From Nitrospinota bacterium (GTDB lineage: Bacteria; Nitrospinota; Nitrospinia; Nitrospinales; VA-1): a DNA stretch of 12,527 nucleotides. How positions within the stretch are numbered: the stretch's first letter is position 1; each line of letters opens with the position of its first letter. Of this stretch, positions 1 through 8,674 are shown piece by piece. The position numbers were made by a program, and so were the translations under genes. The DNA lies in NCBI GenBank assembly GCA_038108555.1, contig JAYNIA010000054.1:3392-15918 (forward strand), given 5' to 3'. The notes beneath the pieces were generated by a model that saw only the letters and a list, made by a program, of their open reading frames with translations, ran no database searches and had not been told where the DNA came from.

Positions 1-1103
1 ATTTTTCCCAGCAAACGTTCCAGATCAAATATTTTTTCTAAATAGCTTCTTGTTTCCTGTCTTTCCGATGGAAGAGATTTAAACTTGGAAACCGTATCCA
101 GGCGCCCCTTAATCTTTTCCGGGTCTACAAGTGGCTTGATGATCCAGTCTCGGATGCGTCGGGCACCCATAGGTGTACAGGAGTCATCCAGTAGACTTAG
201 AAGAGAATTTTGTCTCGTTCCTTCGCTTGATTTAATCAGCTCCAGACTCGTTACCGTGGTTTGATCCAGTGCCATAAAATCATGGATAAAAAAAGGCGTG
301 ATGGAATTAATATGCTCGAGGGCCGATTTCTGAGTATCGTGAAGATAATGAATAAGAGCTCCTGCTGCGCAGATGGCCTGATTCATAGATTCACAACCAA
401 AACCTTCCAGGGACTGGGTTTTAAAATGATCCAATAGGTTTTTAACTGCTTCACTATGTGCGTAGGTCCAGTCTTCCCAGCTATGAAGAAATACGTTACC
501 AGAAGGCAACCAGGGTTTGGACTGCTCTGTAAGACTTTCGGGAATTAGGATTTCTTTGGGATCCAGTTTTTGCAGTTCGTCGGCGAGTTGTGCCCCAGAT
601 TCATTATCCATGAATTGGGTTACTTTAAAAGTTCCAGTGGAAACGTCAAGTGCCGCCAGTCCGATTTCATTTTTGAAAATAAAAATTGAAACAATGAGCT
701 GGTCTGACTTGGGGTCCAGCAAATTATCGTCCAGAGCAGTACCTGGAGTTATGATTCTGACCACTTCTCTTTTAACGATGCCCTTGGCCTGCTTGGGGTT
801 TTCAGTCTGTTCGCAGATGGCTACTTTTTTTCCAGCTTTTAATAGTTTTGTAATATAGAGATTGGATGAGTGATGTGGAATGCCGCACATAAGAACGGGA
901 TTGGCTTGATTCTTGTTTCTTGATGTAAGGGCTATCTGAAGAATGGTCGAAGCGATTTTGGCATCTTCATTAAACATTTCATAAAAGTCACCCATTCGAA
1001 AAAATAAAATGGAATCAGGATGTTCTTTTTTGATCCCGTAGTACTGTTGCATCATAGGAGTTTCCTCCTTTTTGACGCGTTGACTTTTTGCTGAAACGAC
1101 CAT
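1..1103 (-). CDS. mutS: DNA mismatch repair protein MutS (N-terminal ~367 aa, truncated by window edge)
   Basis: Not in the ORF track. Manual translation from ATG at 1103 gives MVVSAKSQRVKKEETPMMQQYYGIKKEHPDSILFFRMGDFYEMFNEDAKIAS...MCGIPHH...KVAICEQ...GIVKREVVRIITPGT...TPMGARRIRDWIIKPL...FDLERLLGK. It contains the MutS domain I GDFYE mismatch-recognition motif and stays open to position 1. Confidence 0.97.
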   Translation of the reverse strand, partial: MVVSAKSQRVKKEETPMMQQYYGIKKEHPDSILFFRMGDFYEMFNEDAKIASTILQIALTSRNKNQANPVLMCGIPHHSSNLYITKLLKAGKKVAICEQTENPKQAKGIVKREVVRIITPGTALDDNLLDPKSDQLIVSIFIFKNEIGLAALDVSTGTFKVTQFMDNESGAQLADELQKLDPKEILIPESLTEQSKPWLPSGNVFLHSWEDWTYAHSEAVKNLLDHFKTQSLEGFGCESMNQAICAAGALIHYLHDTQKSALEHINSITPFFIHDFMALDQTTVTSLELIKSSEGTRQNSLLSLLDDSCTPMGARRIRDWIIKPLVDPEKIKGRLDTVSKFKSLPSERQETRSYLEKIFDLERLLGK

Positions 1104-1112
1104 TTGAGAGAA

Positions 1113-1601
1113 TTAAAGAGCCAGTGTTTTAAAATGTGGATGCAGTTTTTTGTAGGTGGCTCGCAGGTGCTCCGGGTGGATCTTGGTTTCTCCTAGAACT
1201 GGCATAAAATTTGTATCCCCTGACCATCGGGGAACAATATGGCAGTGAATGTGTTCGTCATAACCCGCCCCTGCGGCTTTTCCGATGTTGTACCCTATGT
1301 TAAAACCATCAGGGTTAATAACCTCATTTAAAATGCGGATGCATTCGTGTGTCAGTTGGGTGATTTCTTTTTTTTCAGAATCATTCTGCTCGGTTATGCA
1401 ACCGATATGTCTGTATGGAGAAACCATGAGATGGGCACTGTTGTAAGGGAAGCGATTCATTATTACAAACGAGTGATCCCCTTTAAATAAAATAAGATTT
1501 TCTTCATCGTTATTATCGGTGGGGAGAACGCAAAAAATACATTCATCGCTTTTCTCGCTTTTAATGTATTCCATTCTCCAGGGTGCCCAAAGCTGCTTCA
1601 T
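1113..1601 (-). CDS. HIT-family protein, Ap4A hydrolase/phosphorylase-like
   Basis: Histidine triad HIHCHIVPRW, N-terminal WAPWR, CIFC Zn site, NRFPYNSAHLMV, GFNIGYNIGKAAGAG. Confidence 0.92.
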   Translation of the reverse strand: MKQLWAPWRMEYIKSEKSDECIFCVLPTDNNDEENLILFKGDHSFVIMNRFPYNSAHLMVSPYRHIGCITEQNDSEKKEITQLTHECIRILNEVINPDGFNIGYNIGKAAGAGYDEHIHCHIVPRWSGDTNFMPVLGETKIHPEHLRATYKKLHPHFKTLAL

Positions 1602-1620
1602 AACGAATTATTTTTTCTAT

Positions 1621-2091
1621 TTAATAATTGCAGGTATCGGCGAGCCTTTTTTCAGGAAAAACCAGTTTGAATAATTCCCGGGTTTTGCTTCGCATTTTTT
1701 TATCTTCCTGCTCCGAGATTTCATGGTCATACCCCAGCAGATGTAAAATACCATGAATGAGGAGAAGAATTATTTCTTCTTTAAATGTTAAACCGTGTTC
1801 TTTTGCCTGGCGTTGTGCCGTGTCCAGAGAAACGGCAATATCCCCTAGAATCTCTTCTTCATGGGTGTAGGGGTCTTCTTCTTCATTTTGGGGAAAAGAT
1901 AGCACATCCGTTGGTTGATTCACATTCCGAAACTCGTGGTTGAGATTCTGGATATCTCTGTCACCGGTAAATAGTATGCTCACTTCCTTGTTTAAACAAC
2001 CCAGGTGATCCAGGATTTTTCCGAGCTTTTTCTCAATCCCCGGCGTATCAATATCGATTTCCGGGTAGTCGTTTCTCAGAGATATTCCCAT
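1621..2091 (-). CDS. ybeY: rRNA maturation endoribonuclease YbeY
   Basis: PTDVLSF, LGDIAVS and HGILHLLGYDH (H-x3-H-x5-H) motifs; directly downstream of phoH/ybeZ. Confidence 0.96.
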   Translation of the reverse strand: MGISLRNDYPEIDIDTPGIEKKLGKILDHLGCLNKEVSILFTGDRDIQNLNHEFRNVNQPTDVLSFPQNEEEDPYTHEEEILGDIAVSLDTAQRQAKEHGLTFKEEIILLLIHGILHLLGYDHEISEQEDKKMRSKTRELFKLVFPEKRLADTCNY

Positions 2092-2111
2092 TTTTTGAAG
2101 TTTTCTAAAAA

Positions 2112-3092
2112 TTATAAAACATCATTGGGTTCATTTTTGGGGTCGCTTTGGTCGTAGGCCTTGATTATTTTCTTTACTAATTCGTGCCGGACAACATCCT
2201 TTTCTGTAAAGAAAACAAATTGGATTCCTTCCACCTTTTTTAATAGGGATTTTACCTGGATTAACCCTGAATCACTTTTGTGTGGAAGGTCAATTTGCGT
2301 GATATCGCCGGTAACGACCATTTTTGAACCGAACCCCAGTCGGGTGAGGAACATTTTCATCTGTTCTCGTGTGGCATTCTGAGCCTCATCAAGTATGATA
2401 AATGCATCGCTTAATGTTCTACCTCTCATATAGGCCAGAGGAGCGATTTCTATGGCTCCATCATCAATAAGGTGGCGCACCTGGTTTTCTTCCATCATAT
2501 GATTCAAGGCATCATAAAGTGGCATTAGATAGGGATGGATTTTTTCTGCAATATCCCCAGGGAGAAAACCCAGCTTTTCCCCAGCTTCGACGGCAGGCCT
2601 GACCAGTACAATTTTTTTGAATCGCCGTTTTAGCAGTCCTTCCACCGCCATTGCAACCGCAAGAAATGTTTTTCCCGTTCCTGCGGGGCCAATTGAAAGA
2701 ACAATGTCATCTTCCTTGATACATTGAATAAACTTGTGTTGGGAAGGCCCTTTGGGGGTTATAAAACCTCTTTTGGGAGAGACTGCTATTCGTTCAGAGA
2801 AAATAGTTTTTAAATCTGCCTGAGGGTTTTCCGCCATGAGACGGATTGCAAATTTTATATCCCCGTTTTCTACTGGCTGGTTGTCAGAATGTAATTTTTC
2901 GAGTTGCCGGAAAAGGTTTTCTACCGATTCAAGAGAAGAGGGCTCACCCTTGATGCAGATCTGGTTTTCCCGGGTTGTTATGCGAACATTGAATTTTTTC
3001 TCAATGAGTTTGAGATTGAGGTCCTGGGTTCCAAAAATTTCTGGAATGACTTGATTGTTTTCTAAGACTAGTTGTTTAGTGGAGGGGCTCAA
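2112..3092 (-). CDS. phoH: PhoH-family ATPase (YbeZ type with N-terminal KH-like domain)
   Basis: Walker A GPAGTGKT, RPAVEAGEKLGFLPGD, APLAYMRGRTL, DEAQN, TGDITQIDLP. TTG start at 3092. Confidence 0.96.
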   Translation of the reverse strand: MSPSTKQLVLENNQVIPEIFGTQDLNLKLIEKKFNVRITTRENQICIKGEPSSLESVENLFRQLEKLHSDNQPVENGDIKFAIRLMAENPQADLKTIFSERIAVSPKRGFITPKGPSQHKFIQCIKEDDIVLSIGPAGTGKTFLAVAMAVEGLLKRRFKKIVLVRPAVEAGEKLGFLPGDIAEKIHPYLMPLYDALNHMMEENQVRHLIDDGAIEIAPLAYMRGRTLSDAFIILDEAQNATREQMKMFLTRLGFGSKMVVTGDITQIDLPHKSDSGLIQVKSLLKKVEGIQFVFFTEKDVVRHELVKKIIKAYDQSDPKNEPNDVL

Positions 3093-3124
3093 AAAATACT
3101 CTTTGATAAAGGTTGCATATCAAG

Positions 3125-3682
3125 TCACTTCCTTGTCCCTTGTGGCGGGATCAGACTGAGAAATTCTCCGCGGGTTCTTGCATCTTCCTTAAATGACCCG
3201 ACCATCGAGCTGGTGGTGGTATAGGAGTTTTGCTTTGATACACCACGCATACACATGCATAAATGGAGAGCTTCAATGACGACTCCAACCCCCATGGGGT
3301 TGAGAATGTTTTGCAGGCTATTTGCAATCTGGTTCGTTAACCTTTCCTGGACCTGCAACCTTCTGCTGAAGGCGTCCACGATTCTTGGAATCTTACTTAG
3401 GCCAATCACTTTGCCTTTGGGCAAGTAGGCGACATGGCATTTGCCGATAAAAGGTAACATGTGATGCTCGCACATGCTGAACAAGTCAATATCCTTTACG
3501 ATGACCATTTCGTCGTAGTCTTCATGGAACAGGGCTCCGTTTACCAATTCTTCAATATTTACCCAATACCCACTGGTTAAATATTTGAGGGATTTTTCAA
3601 CCCTTTCAGGAGTATTTTGTAGTCCTTCCCGGGTCGGGTCCTCACCCAGCTCTTTTAATATATTTTTAATCAGGTCTTTCAA
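3125..3682 (-). CDS. folE: GTP cyclohydrolase I (type IA)
   Basis: [54 protein letters not shown]. Start moved from the track's 3706 to the in-frame TTG at 3682, which has an SD (GGGAG at 3693-3689) 6 nt upstream; 185 aa. Confidence 0.95.
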   Translation of the reverse strand: MKDLIKNILKELGEDPTREGLQNTPERVEKSLKYLTSGYWVNIEELVNGALFHEDYDEMVIVKDIDLFSMCEHHMLPFIGKCHVAYLPKGKVIGLSKIPRIVDAFSRRLQVQERLTNQIANSLQNILNPMGVGVVIEALHLCMCMRGVSKQNSYTTTSSMVGSFKEDARTRGEFLSLIPPQGTRK

Positions 3683-4091
3683 CGGCAACTCCCTGGTAGA
3701 CAACAAAATTGCGTTCCGATTCGTAAAGCTTCACTTCGTGAAGTTCTCCGTTTTCGATTTTAGGTTCCAGAATGTTCCAGAAGTGGATCGCAATATTTTC
3801 AGCGGTGGGTATAACTCCCTGCAAAAAATCCACATCGACATTAAGGTTTTTATGATCGACCTTGTTTATAATTTCTTCATTAATGAGTTTTTTGAGGGAT
3901 TTCAAGTCGAGTACCATCCCGGTTTGAGGGTCGACCTCGCCCCTTACCGTTACTTCCAAAACATAATTATGCCCGTGCCCGTTGGGATTGTTACAAAGCC
4001 CAAAGGTGGCTTCATTTTTTTCATCAGAAAACTCGGGGTTATAAAGGCGATGGCTTGCACAAAACTCAAGGCGGCGAGTGATAAAAATCAT
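3666..4091 (-). CDS. 6-pyruvoyl-tetrahydropterin synthase (COG0720), PTPS-II-type motif
   Basis: [18 protein letters not shown] (C-x5-HGH), GMVLDL, DHKNLN, TAENIA, LYES. Overlaps the folE start. Confidence 0.92.
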   Translation of the reverse strand: MIFITRRLEFCASHRLYNPEFSDEKNEATFGLCNNPNGHGHNYVLEVTVRGEVDPQTGMVLDLKSLKKLINEEIINKVDHKNLNVDVDFLQGVIPTAENIAIHFWNILEPKIENGELHEVKLYESERNFVVYQGVAVERPD

Positions 4092-4106
4092 TGTATTGCT
4101 GGTTTT

Positions 4107-4298
4107 CTATTTGAGATATTTTCGTTTGTTATCGGTGGAATAAAATCCGGGCCCGTATAAATGAAAATTCATTGAATTAAATTGCTTTTCGAGCTTGCCT
4201 CCGCATTTTTCACATTTTGTCAGGGGGTCATCACTTACTTTTTGTAAAACTTCTATGACTTCTTTACATTCTTCACATTGATACTCATAAACAGGCAT
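4107..4298 (-). CDS. FmdB-family zinc-ribbon protein
   Basis: MPVYEYQCEEC...CEKCGG...FHLYGPGFYSTD matches the FmdB/CxxC_CxxC_SSSS pattern. Start moved to ATG 4298, which has SD GGAGG at 4310-4306. Confidence 0.9.
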   Translation of the reverse strand: MPVYEYQCEECKEVIEVLQKVSDDPLTKCEKCGGKLEKQFNSMNFHLYGPGFYSTDNKRKYLK

Positions 4299-4318
4299 AA
4301 TTTTGCCTCCCAACCAAT

Positions 4319-4861
4319 CTAAATTGAATTATATTGTCTAATAACTATTATATTATATTCCAGCCTGGAAGAAAAATTAGCATTTGAAGGCTTTTCCTCA
4401 GGCTTATGATAGGTTTGACGCTGTCGATTTCGCCCTCTAAAGACGTTTAATGTTTTTGGAATATTTTTTTTAACTGTCTCCATTTCCATGATTGCAGAGG
4501 GAAGCGTTAGGCCCCACTCGGGATCATAGATACCCACCATCAGGCTCATTGGGTCCAGAATCTGGATAATTATAAATTTTTCAATGGAATGCCTTTTTTG
4601 GACTTCCAGAGGCATCATGTAGGTTGCGTTTTCATTTTTAGTCCCATGCCTCATCACCGCCTTCCCGGAACCGGCCAGTTCAAAAGGAATTGAAACCAGG
4701 TAGTTTTCCAATTCTTCGAACATCAGCTTTTTGGGAAAAACCACAATCCCATAATTTTCATGGTTTTTATAAAGCTGAAATTCATAACCGGAGTCTGCGA
4801 ATGCAGTCGCCGGGAGCCCTCCTAAAAGGAAAGTTAGCAGGATTGCAAAAAGGGATCTCAT
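4319..4861 (-). CDS. Hypothetical exported protein (Sec signal peptide)
   Basis: 180-aa ORF fills the gap between ndk and the FmdB gene. N-terminus MRSLFAILLTFLLGGLPATAFA|DS has a basic residue, hydrophobic core and A-x-A cleavage site. Confidence 0.75.
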   Translation of the reverse strand: MRSLFAILLTFLLGGLPATAFADSGYEFQLYKNHENYGIVVFPKKLMFEELENYLVSIPFELAGSGKAVMRHGTKNENATYMMPLEVQKRHSIEKFIIIQILDPMSLMVGIYDPEWGLTLPSAIMEMETVKKNIPKTLNVFRGRNRQRQTYHKPEEKPSNANFSSRLEYNIIVIRQYNSI

Positions 4862-4883
4862 AAATATTTAGATGAAGCGGTTA

Positions 4884-4916
4884 GGAAAAGGGTTCCGGAT
4901 GAACGATTGGGAACCC
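4884..4916 (-). terminator. Possible weak intrinsic terminator downstream of ndk
   Basis: Inverted repeat GGGTTCC (4890-4896) / GGAACCC (4910-4916) with a 13-nt loop, followed on the minus strand by only TTTTCC. Confidence 0.4.
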
Positions 4917-4931
4917 GAATCCATCGAGTCC

Positions 4932-5345
4932 TTAAAGAATTTCAGTTTCGCTGAAAAAATAGGACAATTCAAAGGCTGCATTTTCAGCAGAGTCTGAACC
5001 ATGGGTGGAATTCTTTTCAATATTAACTGCAAAGTCTTTCCGAATGGTCCCTTCTTTAGCTTCTTCGGGGTTGGTTGCGCCCATCAAATCCCTCCAAGCG
5101 GTAATAGCATTATCTTTTTCAAGTGCCAGAAGAACGACAGGACCGGAGCACATAAATTCAGTCAGGCTGCCAAAAAAGGGCCTTTCTTTATGTACATGAT
5201 AAAAACCTTCTGCTTGGGGTAGGGTGAGTTGAGCCTTTTTCATGGCAGCTATTCTGAATCCATTTGATTCAATCCGTTCCAGGATTTTTCCGATTAAATT
5301 GCGTTCCACAGCATCAGGTTTGATAATTGCAAAGGTTCTTTCCAT
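4932..5345 (-). CDS. ndk: Nucleoside diphosphate kinase
   Basis: [44 protein letters not shown] (catalytic His). Confidence 0.98.
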   Translation of the reverse strand: MERTFAIIKPDAVERNLIGKILERIESNGFRIAAMKKAQLTLPQAEGFYHVHKERPFFGSLTEFMCSGPVVLLALEKDNAITAWRDLMGATNPEEAKEGTIRKDFAVNIEKNSTHGSDSAENAAFELSYFFSETEIL

Positions 5346-5376
5346 TTTTTTACTTTCTTTGTTTATGAGATGACAT

Positions 5377-5416
5377 AAAAAAAGGTATTTGAGCTTAAAA
5401 GCTCAAATACCTTTTT
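5377..5416 (-). terminator. Rho-independent terminator of the oxidoreductase operon (bidirectional geometry)
   Basis: Perfect inverted repeat AAAAAGGTATTTGAGCTT (5379-5396) / AAGCTCAAATACCTTTTT (5399-5416). U7 tail on the minus strand and U5 on the plus strand; lies 16 nt past the epsilon stop. Confidence 0.88.
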
Positions 5417-5432
5417 GGGAAACTTAAATGAA

Positions 5433-5696
5433 TTATCGTAGAACGACCCCGGTTTTTTTAATTACGAACCCTTCGTCCAGCTCTCCAATCCATTTCATTT
5501 TTATTGCATCGTTTTTAGCAATGTCAGAGCAAATGTAAACACAGATCTCGCAAGCTTTGCACCGATCTACGGAAACATAAGCGGATTTATCTTGTTCACT
5601 GTAGTTAATACAGTTAGCTTCCGGACAATACTGAGTGCAAAGATGACAGTTCTTCGCAGAGCATATGTCCTTATCTACGTGCGCAATGTAATACAT
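5433..5696 (-). CDS. forE: 2-oxoacid:ferredoxin oxidoreductase epsilon subunit (ferredoxin-like, ForE/PorE type)
   Basis: MYYIA start, C-x4-C-x2-C-x3-CP and C-x2-C-x2-C-x3-C motifs, last gene of the operon, SD GGAG. The for-versus-por symbol is an inference from gene order. Confidence 0.8.
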   Translation of the reverse strand: MYYIAHVDKDICSAKNCHLCTQYCPEANCINYSEQDKSAYVSVDRCKACEICVYICSDIAKNDAIKMKWIGELDEGFVIKKTGVVLR

Positions 5697-5718
5697 GTTT
5701 TCTCCAGTCTAAAAAACG

Positions 5719-6423
5719 TTATGCAGTGGCTTTAGCAGGTTGTTCTGCTTCAGACCAGCCTTGATCAATAGTGTATTGGTAAGCAGCATCAAGAACTTTC
5801 TGGTTTGCTTCCAGCAGTTTTTGCTTTTTAGCAAATTTTTTCTCGATGGCGCTATCCAGAGCAGCCGTTCCACCTGAGGTAACAATACCTTTTCCAATGA
5901 ACCTGTCCTTTACCGATTCCGCAAGGGAATTCAGGTCAGGCAGTCCAAAGATTCCGGAGATTGCACCACACATAGCCATGTTTGTCGCCAGATCGGTTTT
6001 TGCCAGTTCATTTGCCATTTCTGTAGCGGGCAAATAGTAGATCCGGGCATTTGTTTCTTCAAGCTCCCTCTCTTCATCCCGTGTAAAAGGAATAGGAGTT
6101 TTGCTGTTAATGAGAATGATCCCATTTTGCTTCAAGCCTGTATAGAAAGGCATGGTGTACGACTTACCCAAAGTAATTACCGAAGGATGAAAAATCATAA
6201 TAACATTCGGATAAATGATTTCTCCAATTTCATAAATTGTGTCATTGGAGATGCGGACATAACTTTCAACAGGCGCATTACGTTTTTCCGACCCGAAAAA
6301 AGGTACGAGAGAACTAAATCCCCCTGATATTACCACTCCATTACTAACGATGTGGGAGGCTGTTACCACGCCCTGACCACCCAGGCCCGCCATTCGAATG
6401 TTGTAGCGCTTAACTTCTGCCAT
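5719..6423 (-). CDS. forG: 2-oxoacid:ferredoxin oxidoreductase gamma subunit
   Basis: IRMAGLGGQGVVTA, PFFGSEKRNAPVESYVRIS, ATNMAMCGA; SD AAGGAG upstream. Confidence 0.9.
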   Translation of the reverse strand: MAEVKRYNIRMAGLGGQGVVTASHIVSNGVVISGGFSSLVPFFGSEKRNAPVESYVRISNDTIYEIGEIIYPNVIMIFHPSVITLGKSYTMPFYTGLKQNGIILINSKTPIPFTRDEERELEETNARIYYLPATEMANELAKTDLATNMAMCGAISGIFGLPDLNSLAESVKDRFIGKGIVTSGGTAALDSAIEKKFAKKQKLLEANQKVLDAAYQYTIDQGWSEAEQPAKATA

Positions 6424-6446
6424 TTTAATTTTCTCCTTGGTAAGTC

Positions 6447-7331
6447 TTACTTTTTCTTTTTATTTTTTTTCTCTATTGAATCCAAATACTCTTTTGCAGC
6501 TGGAGAAATGATTTCTTCAAAGCCATAACGCTCTTTCTCAATTTCAAAAGCGTCTTTCATAACATCTGGCGTGGGAATAGAGTACTCAATATTACAGGAG
6601 GTATACGCTTGAATAAAACTGGAGCCTACTTCCCGAGCTACCATGATGGCCCGTCGAACCGTTCGGGCAACACGTGAGGGATTGGTCGGCGCCAGGCGTG
6701 CGATATAATCAACGCCAGCAACCTTTGCCAAACCTAACGCATCAATTTTGTCCCCAAATTTTCCACGTGGAGCCATTTTGAGAACTTTACCCTTGTTGGT
6801 CATACCACTTTCCTGACCACCGGTGTTTCCATAAACTTCATTGTCCAGCATGATGGTGGTGAAGTTTTCTTTACGGAACCAGCTATGCATCAAGCCCTGG
6901 AATCCGATGTCGATCAGTCCACCGTCACCCGCCATAACAATAACGTCTTTTTTCTGGTTCGGGAAACGTACTTCCAGGCCGCGTTTCAGGCCTGAGGCCA
7001 CCGCGTTGGTGTCACCATAGTTCCCGTAAATGAAGGGAACGGAAGCCTGGGAAATTGCCAGACGCCCACAACCCGCTGTACCAACAATTACGGAATGCTC
7101 AGGGTTGGGCATTCCAATGTAGGTCAGTCGAATGAACAGGGTCATTGCACAGCCGGCACACATGGGATGTTCTTCAATCACTTCTTTGAATTTACCCATA
7201 TCGGTAACCTTAACGGTCTGTGTGTCCTTTCCGTTTCGGTTGTTGTAAGGGCCATGCTCGATCAGATCTTTGTATTCAGTAGGTAAATAGTCTTTGAACG
7301 CTGGAGACGGTCGTAGAGTTTCAAGAGACAT
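6447..7331 (-). CDS. forB: 2-oxoacid:ferredoxin oxidoreductase beta subunit (TPP and [4Fe-4S] binding)
   Basis: HPMCAGC, GTAGCG, TPP motif GDGG...DNEVYGNTGGQES, and a C-terminal Cys in YTSC. Confidence 0.92.
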   Translation of the reverse strand: MSLETLRPSPAFKDYLPTEYKDLIEHGPYNNRNGKDTQTVKVTDMGKFKEVIEEHPMCAGCAMTLFIRLTYIGMPNPEHSVIVGTAGCGRLAISQASVPFIYGNYGDTNAVASGLKRGLEVRFPNQKKDVIVMAGDGGLIDIGFQGLMHSWFRKENFTTIMLDNEVYGNTGGQESGMTNKGKVLKMAPRGKFGDKIDALGLAKVAGVDYIARLAPTNPSRVARTVRRAIMVAREVGSSFIQAYTSCNIEYSIPTPDVMKDAFEIEKERYGFEEIISPAAKEYLDSIEKKNKKKK

Positions 7332-7441
7332 AATTTTTATCCTTTATTAAAAAGTCGTAGTATTAAAGTTTTTTATATAAACAGGTAAAAACCATCACTC
7401 GATTATACCTGATTAACAAGGCTAAGCAAAAAGACCAACTA

Positions 7442-8674
7442 TTATTTTACTTCTTTTCGGAATTCTTCCAGCCATTCCAGAACCATTTCGGTCGGCATGG
7501 TCATTCCACCGTATACTCGCGGTCCATTTTTGATGACGGCTTCACATCGTCCGTAAAGAACCGAACAAACTTCTTTATGCAACCAACCCGCCTGGTTGAA
7601 TTCAGGAACCAGAATACGTTTTGCACCCTTGACTGCTTCCAGAATTTCTTCCGTTGGGAAAGGTCGAATTGTTTTGAGTTTAACCAGACCCACTTTGCGC
7701 CCTTTTTCACCTTCCTGACGGACGGCTTCACGGGCTTGTGATACTGCAGAGCCGGAGGCAATGATCATATCTTCGGCGCCGGGATTCGTTACTTCAACCA
7801 GGCCGCCGAGATAAGCCCGGAAGTATTTTGCCGAACGTTCTACTGCAGCAAATACCTCCTGTTGCCAACTGGAGTGCATGTGGTAACTGATAAAGTTACT
7901 TTTTTGAATTGGGGCATCCCTGGAAATACGTGCAGGTGGATTTTCATTATCCATTGCAGGTACTGCAGACCTCCAGCCATCGCGGGGTGGAAGTTTAAAT
8001 TCTTCCGGGGTAATTTCTACAGGCCCACGTGCATGGGTAACGAAAAATCCATCCACCGAGACGACTGCAGGTAAAGTAACATCCACCTGTTCAGATGCAC
8101 AAATTGCCGCCAATGGATAATCGTAGAAGTCCTGCTGATTTTCAGCATGCATCATGAGAATCCCGGTGTTCAATAAAAATGACATTTCAATATTGTCGGG
8201 TTGGATAGCAAGTGGGGTATTGATTACCCGACACATGTTCAGCATTAAGATTGGCGTCCTCGCACCAGGCCAGGAACTGATTGCTTCCATGCCGCGCATC
8301 AACCCGGGACCGGAGGTAGCTGTCAGGCTTCGTACGCCTGCACGTGAAGCACCGGAGATAGCAGAAAAGGCACCGATTTCTTCTTCTGCCCGGTAATATT
8401 CTTTCAGATACCCTTCATCGTAAAGATAACCGGTTTGCTGCATGGTTTCACTTTGCGGTGTAATCGGGTAGGCAATTGCGATATCCACATTAGCGCGTCG
8501 GATGGATTCGCGGGCAGCTTCACTACCTGTGATGAATTGTTTTTCGCGTGGAAGCTTGTGAAACATCTCCATTGGATCCACAACTTTTTGCTTTTCACCC
8601 GCAGGTACCCAATCAGCAGCTTTACCTTCATCAGCAGCTGTTCTGAAAACTGAACTACCAACCACATTTGCCAT
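7442..8674 (-). CDS. forA: 2-oxoacid:ferredoxin oxidoreductase alpha subunit (probably 2-oxoglutarate synthase, For type)
   Basis: AYPITPQSE, TATSGPGLMR, IQPDNIE, HAENQQD, DGFFVTH, LKTIRPFP; SD AAAGGAG at 8688-8682. Substrate specificity is inferred, not shown. Confidence 0.9.
   Translation of the reverse strand: MANVVGSSVFRTAADEGKAADWVPAGEKQKVVDPMEMFHKLPREKQFITGSEAARESIRRANVDIAIAYPITPQSETMQQTGYLYDEGYLKEYYRAEEEIGAFSAISGASRAGVRSLTATSGPGLMRGMEAISSWPGARTPILMLNMCRVINTPLAIQPDNIEMSFLLNTGILMMHAENQQDFYDYPLAAICASEQVDVTLPAVVSVDGFFVTHARGPVEITPEEFKLPPRDGWRSAVPAMDNENPPARISRDAPIQKSNFISYHMHSSWQQEVFAAVERSAKYFRAYLGGLVEVTNPGAEDMIIASGSAVSQAREAVRQEGEKGRKVGLVKLKTIRPFPTEEILEAVKGAKRILVPEFNQAGWLHKEVCSVLYGRCEAVIKNGPRVYGGMTMPTEMVLEWLEEFRKEVK

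Noticed and set aside
517..858. 113-aa plus-strand ORF
   Set aside because: Antisense shadow of mutS, which covers 1-1103 on the minus strand.
3666..4091. Calling this gene queD
   Set aside because: The motif is C-x5-HGH, not the QueD C-x3-HGH, and no que genes are adjacent.
3585..4160. 191-aa plus-strand ORF
   Set aside because: Antisense to folE, PTPS and the FmdB gene, with Phe-rich, non-protein-like composition.
2161..5222. Small plus-strand ORFs at 2161, 2836, 5001 and 5005
   Set aside because: Antisense shadows of phoH and ndk with no motifs.
7382..7411. CAGGTA/TACCTG inverted repeat in the alpha-beta intergenic gap
   Set aside because: Only 6 bp with an 18-nt loop and no U-tract; at most a stabilising hairpin and not distinguishable from chance.
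5709..8667. Alternative-frame and antisense ORFs within the oxidoreductase genes as a hidden delta subunit or frameshift product
   Set aside because: All are short and motif-free, and they overlap intact full-length subunits. No frameshift is needed to explain any gene.
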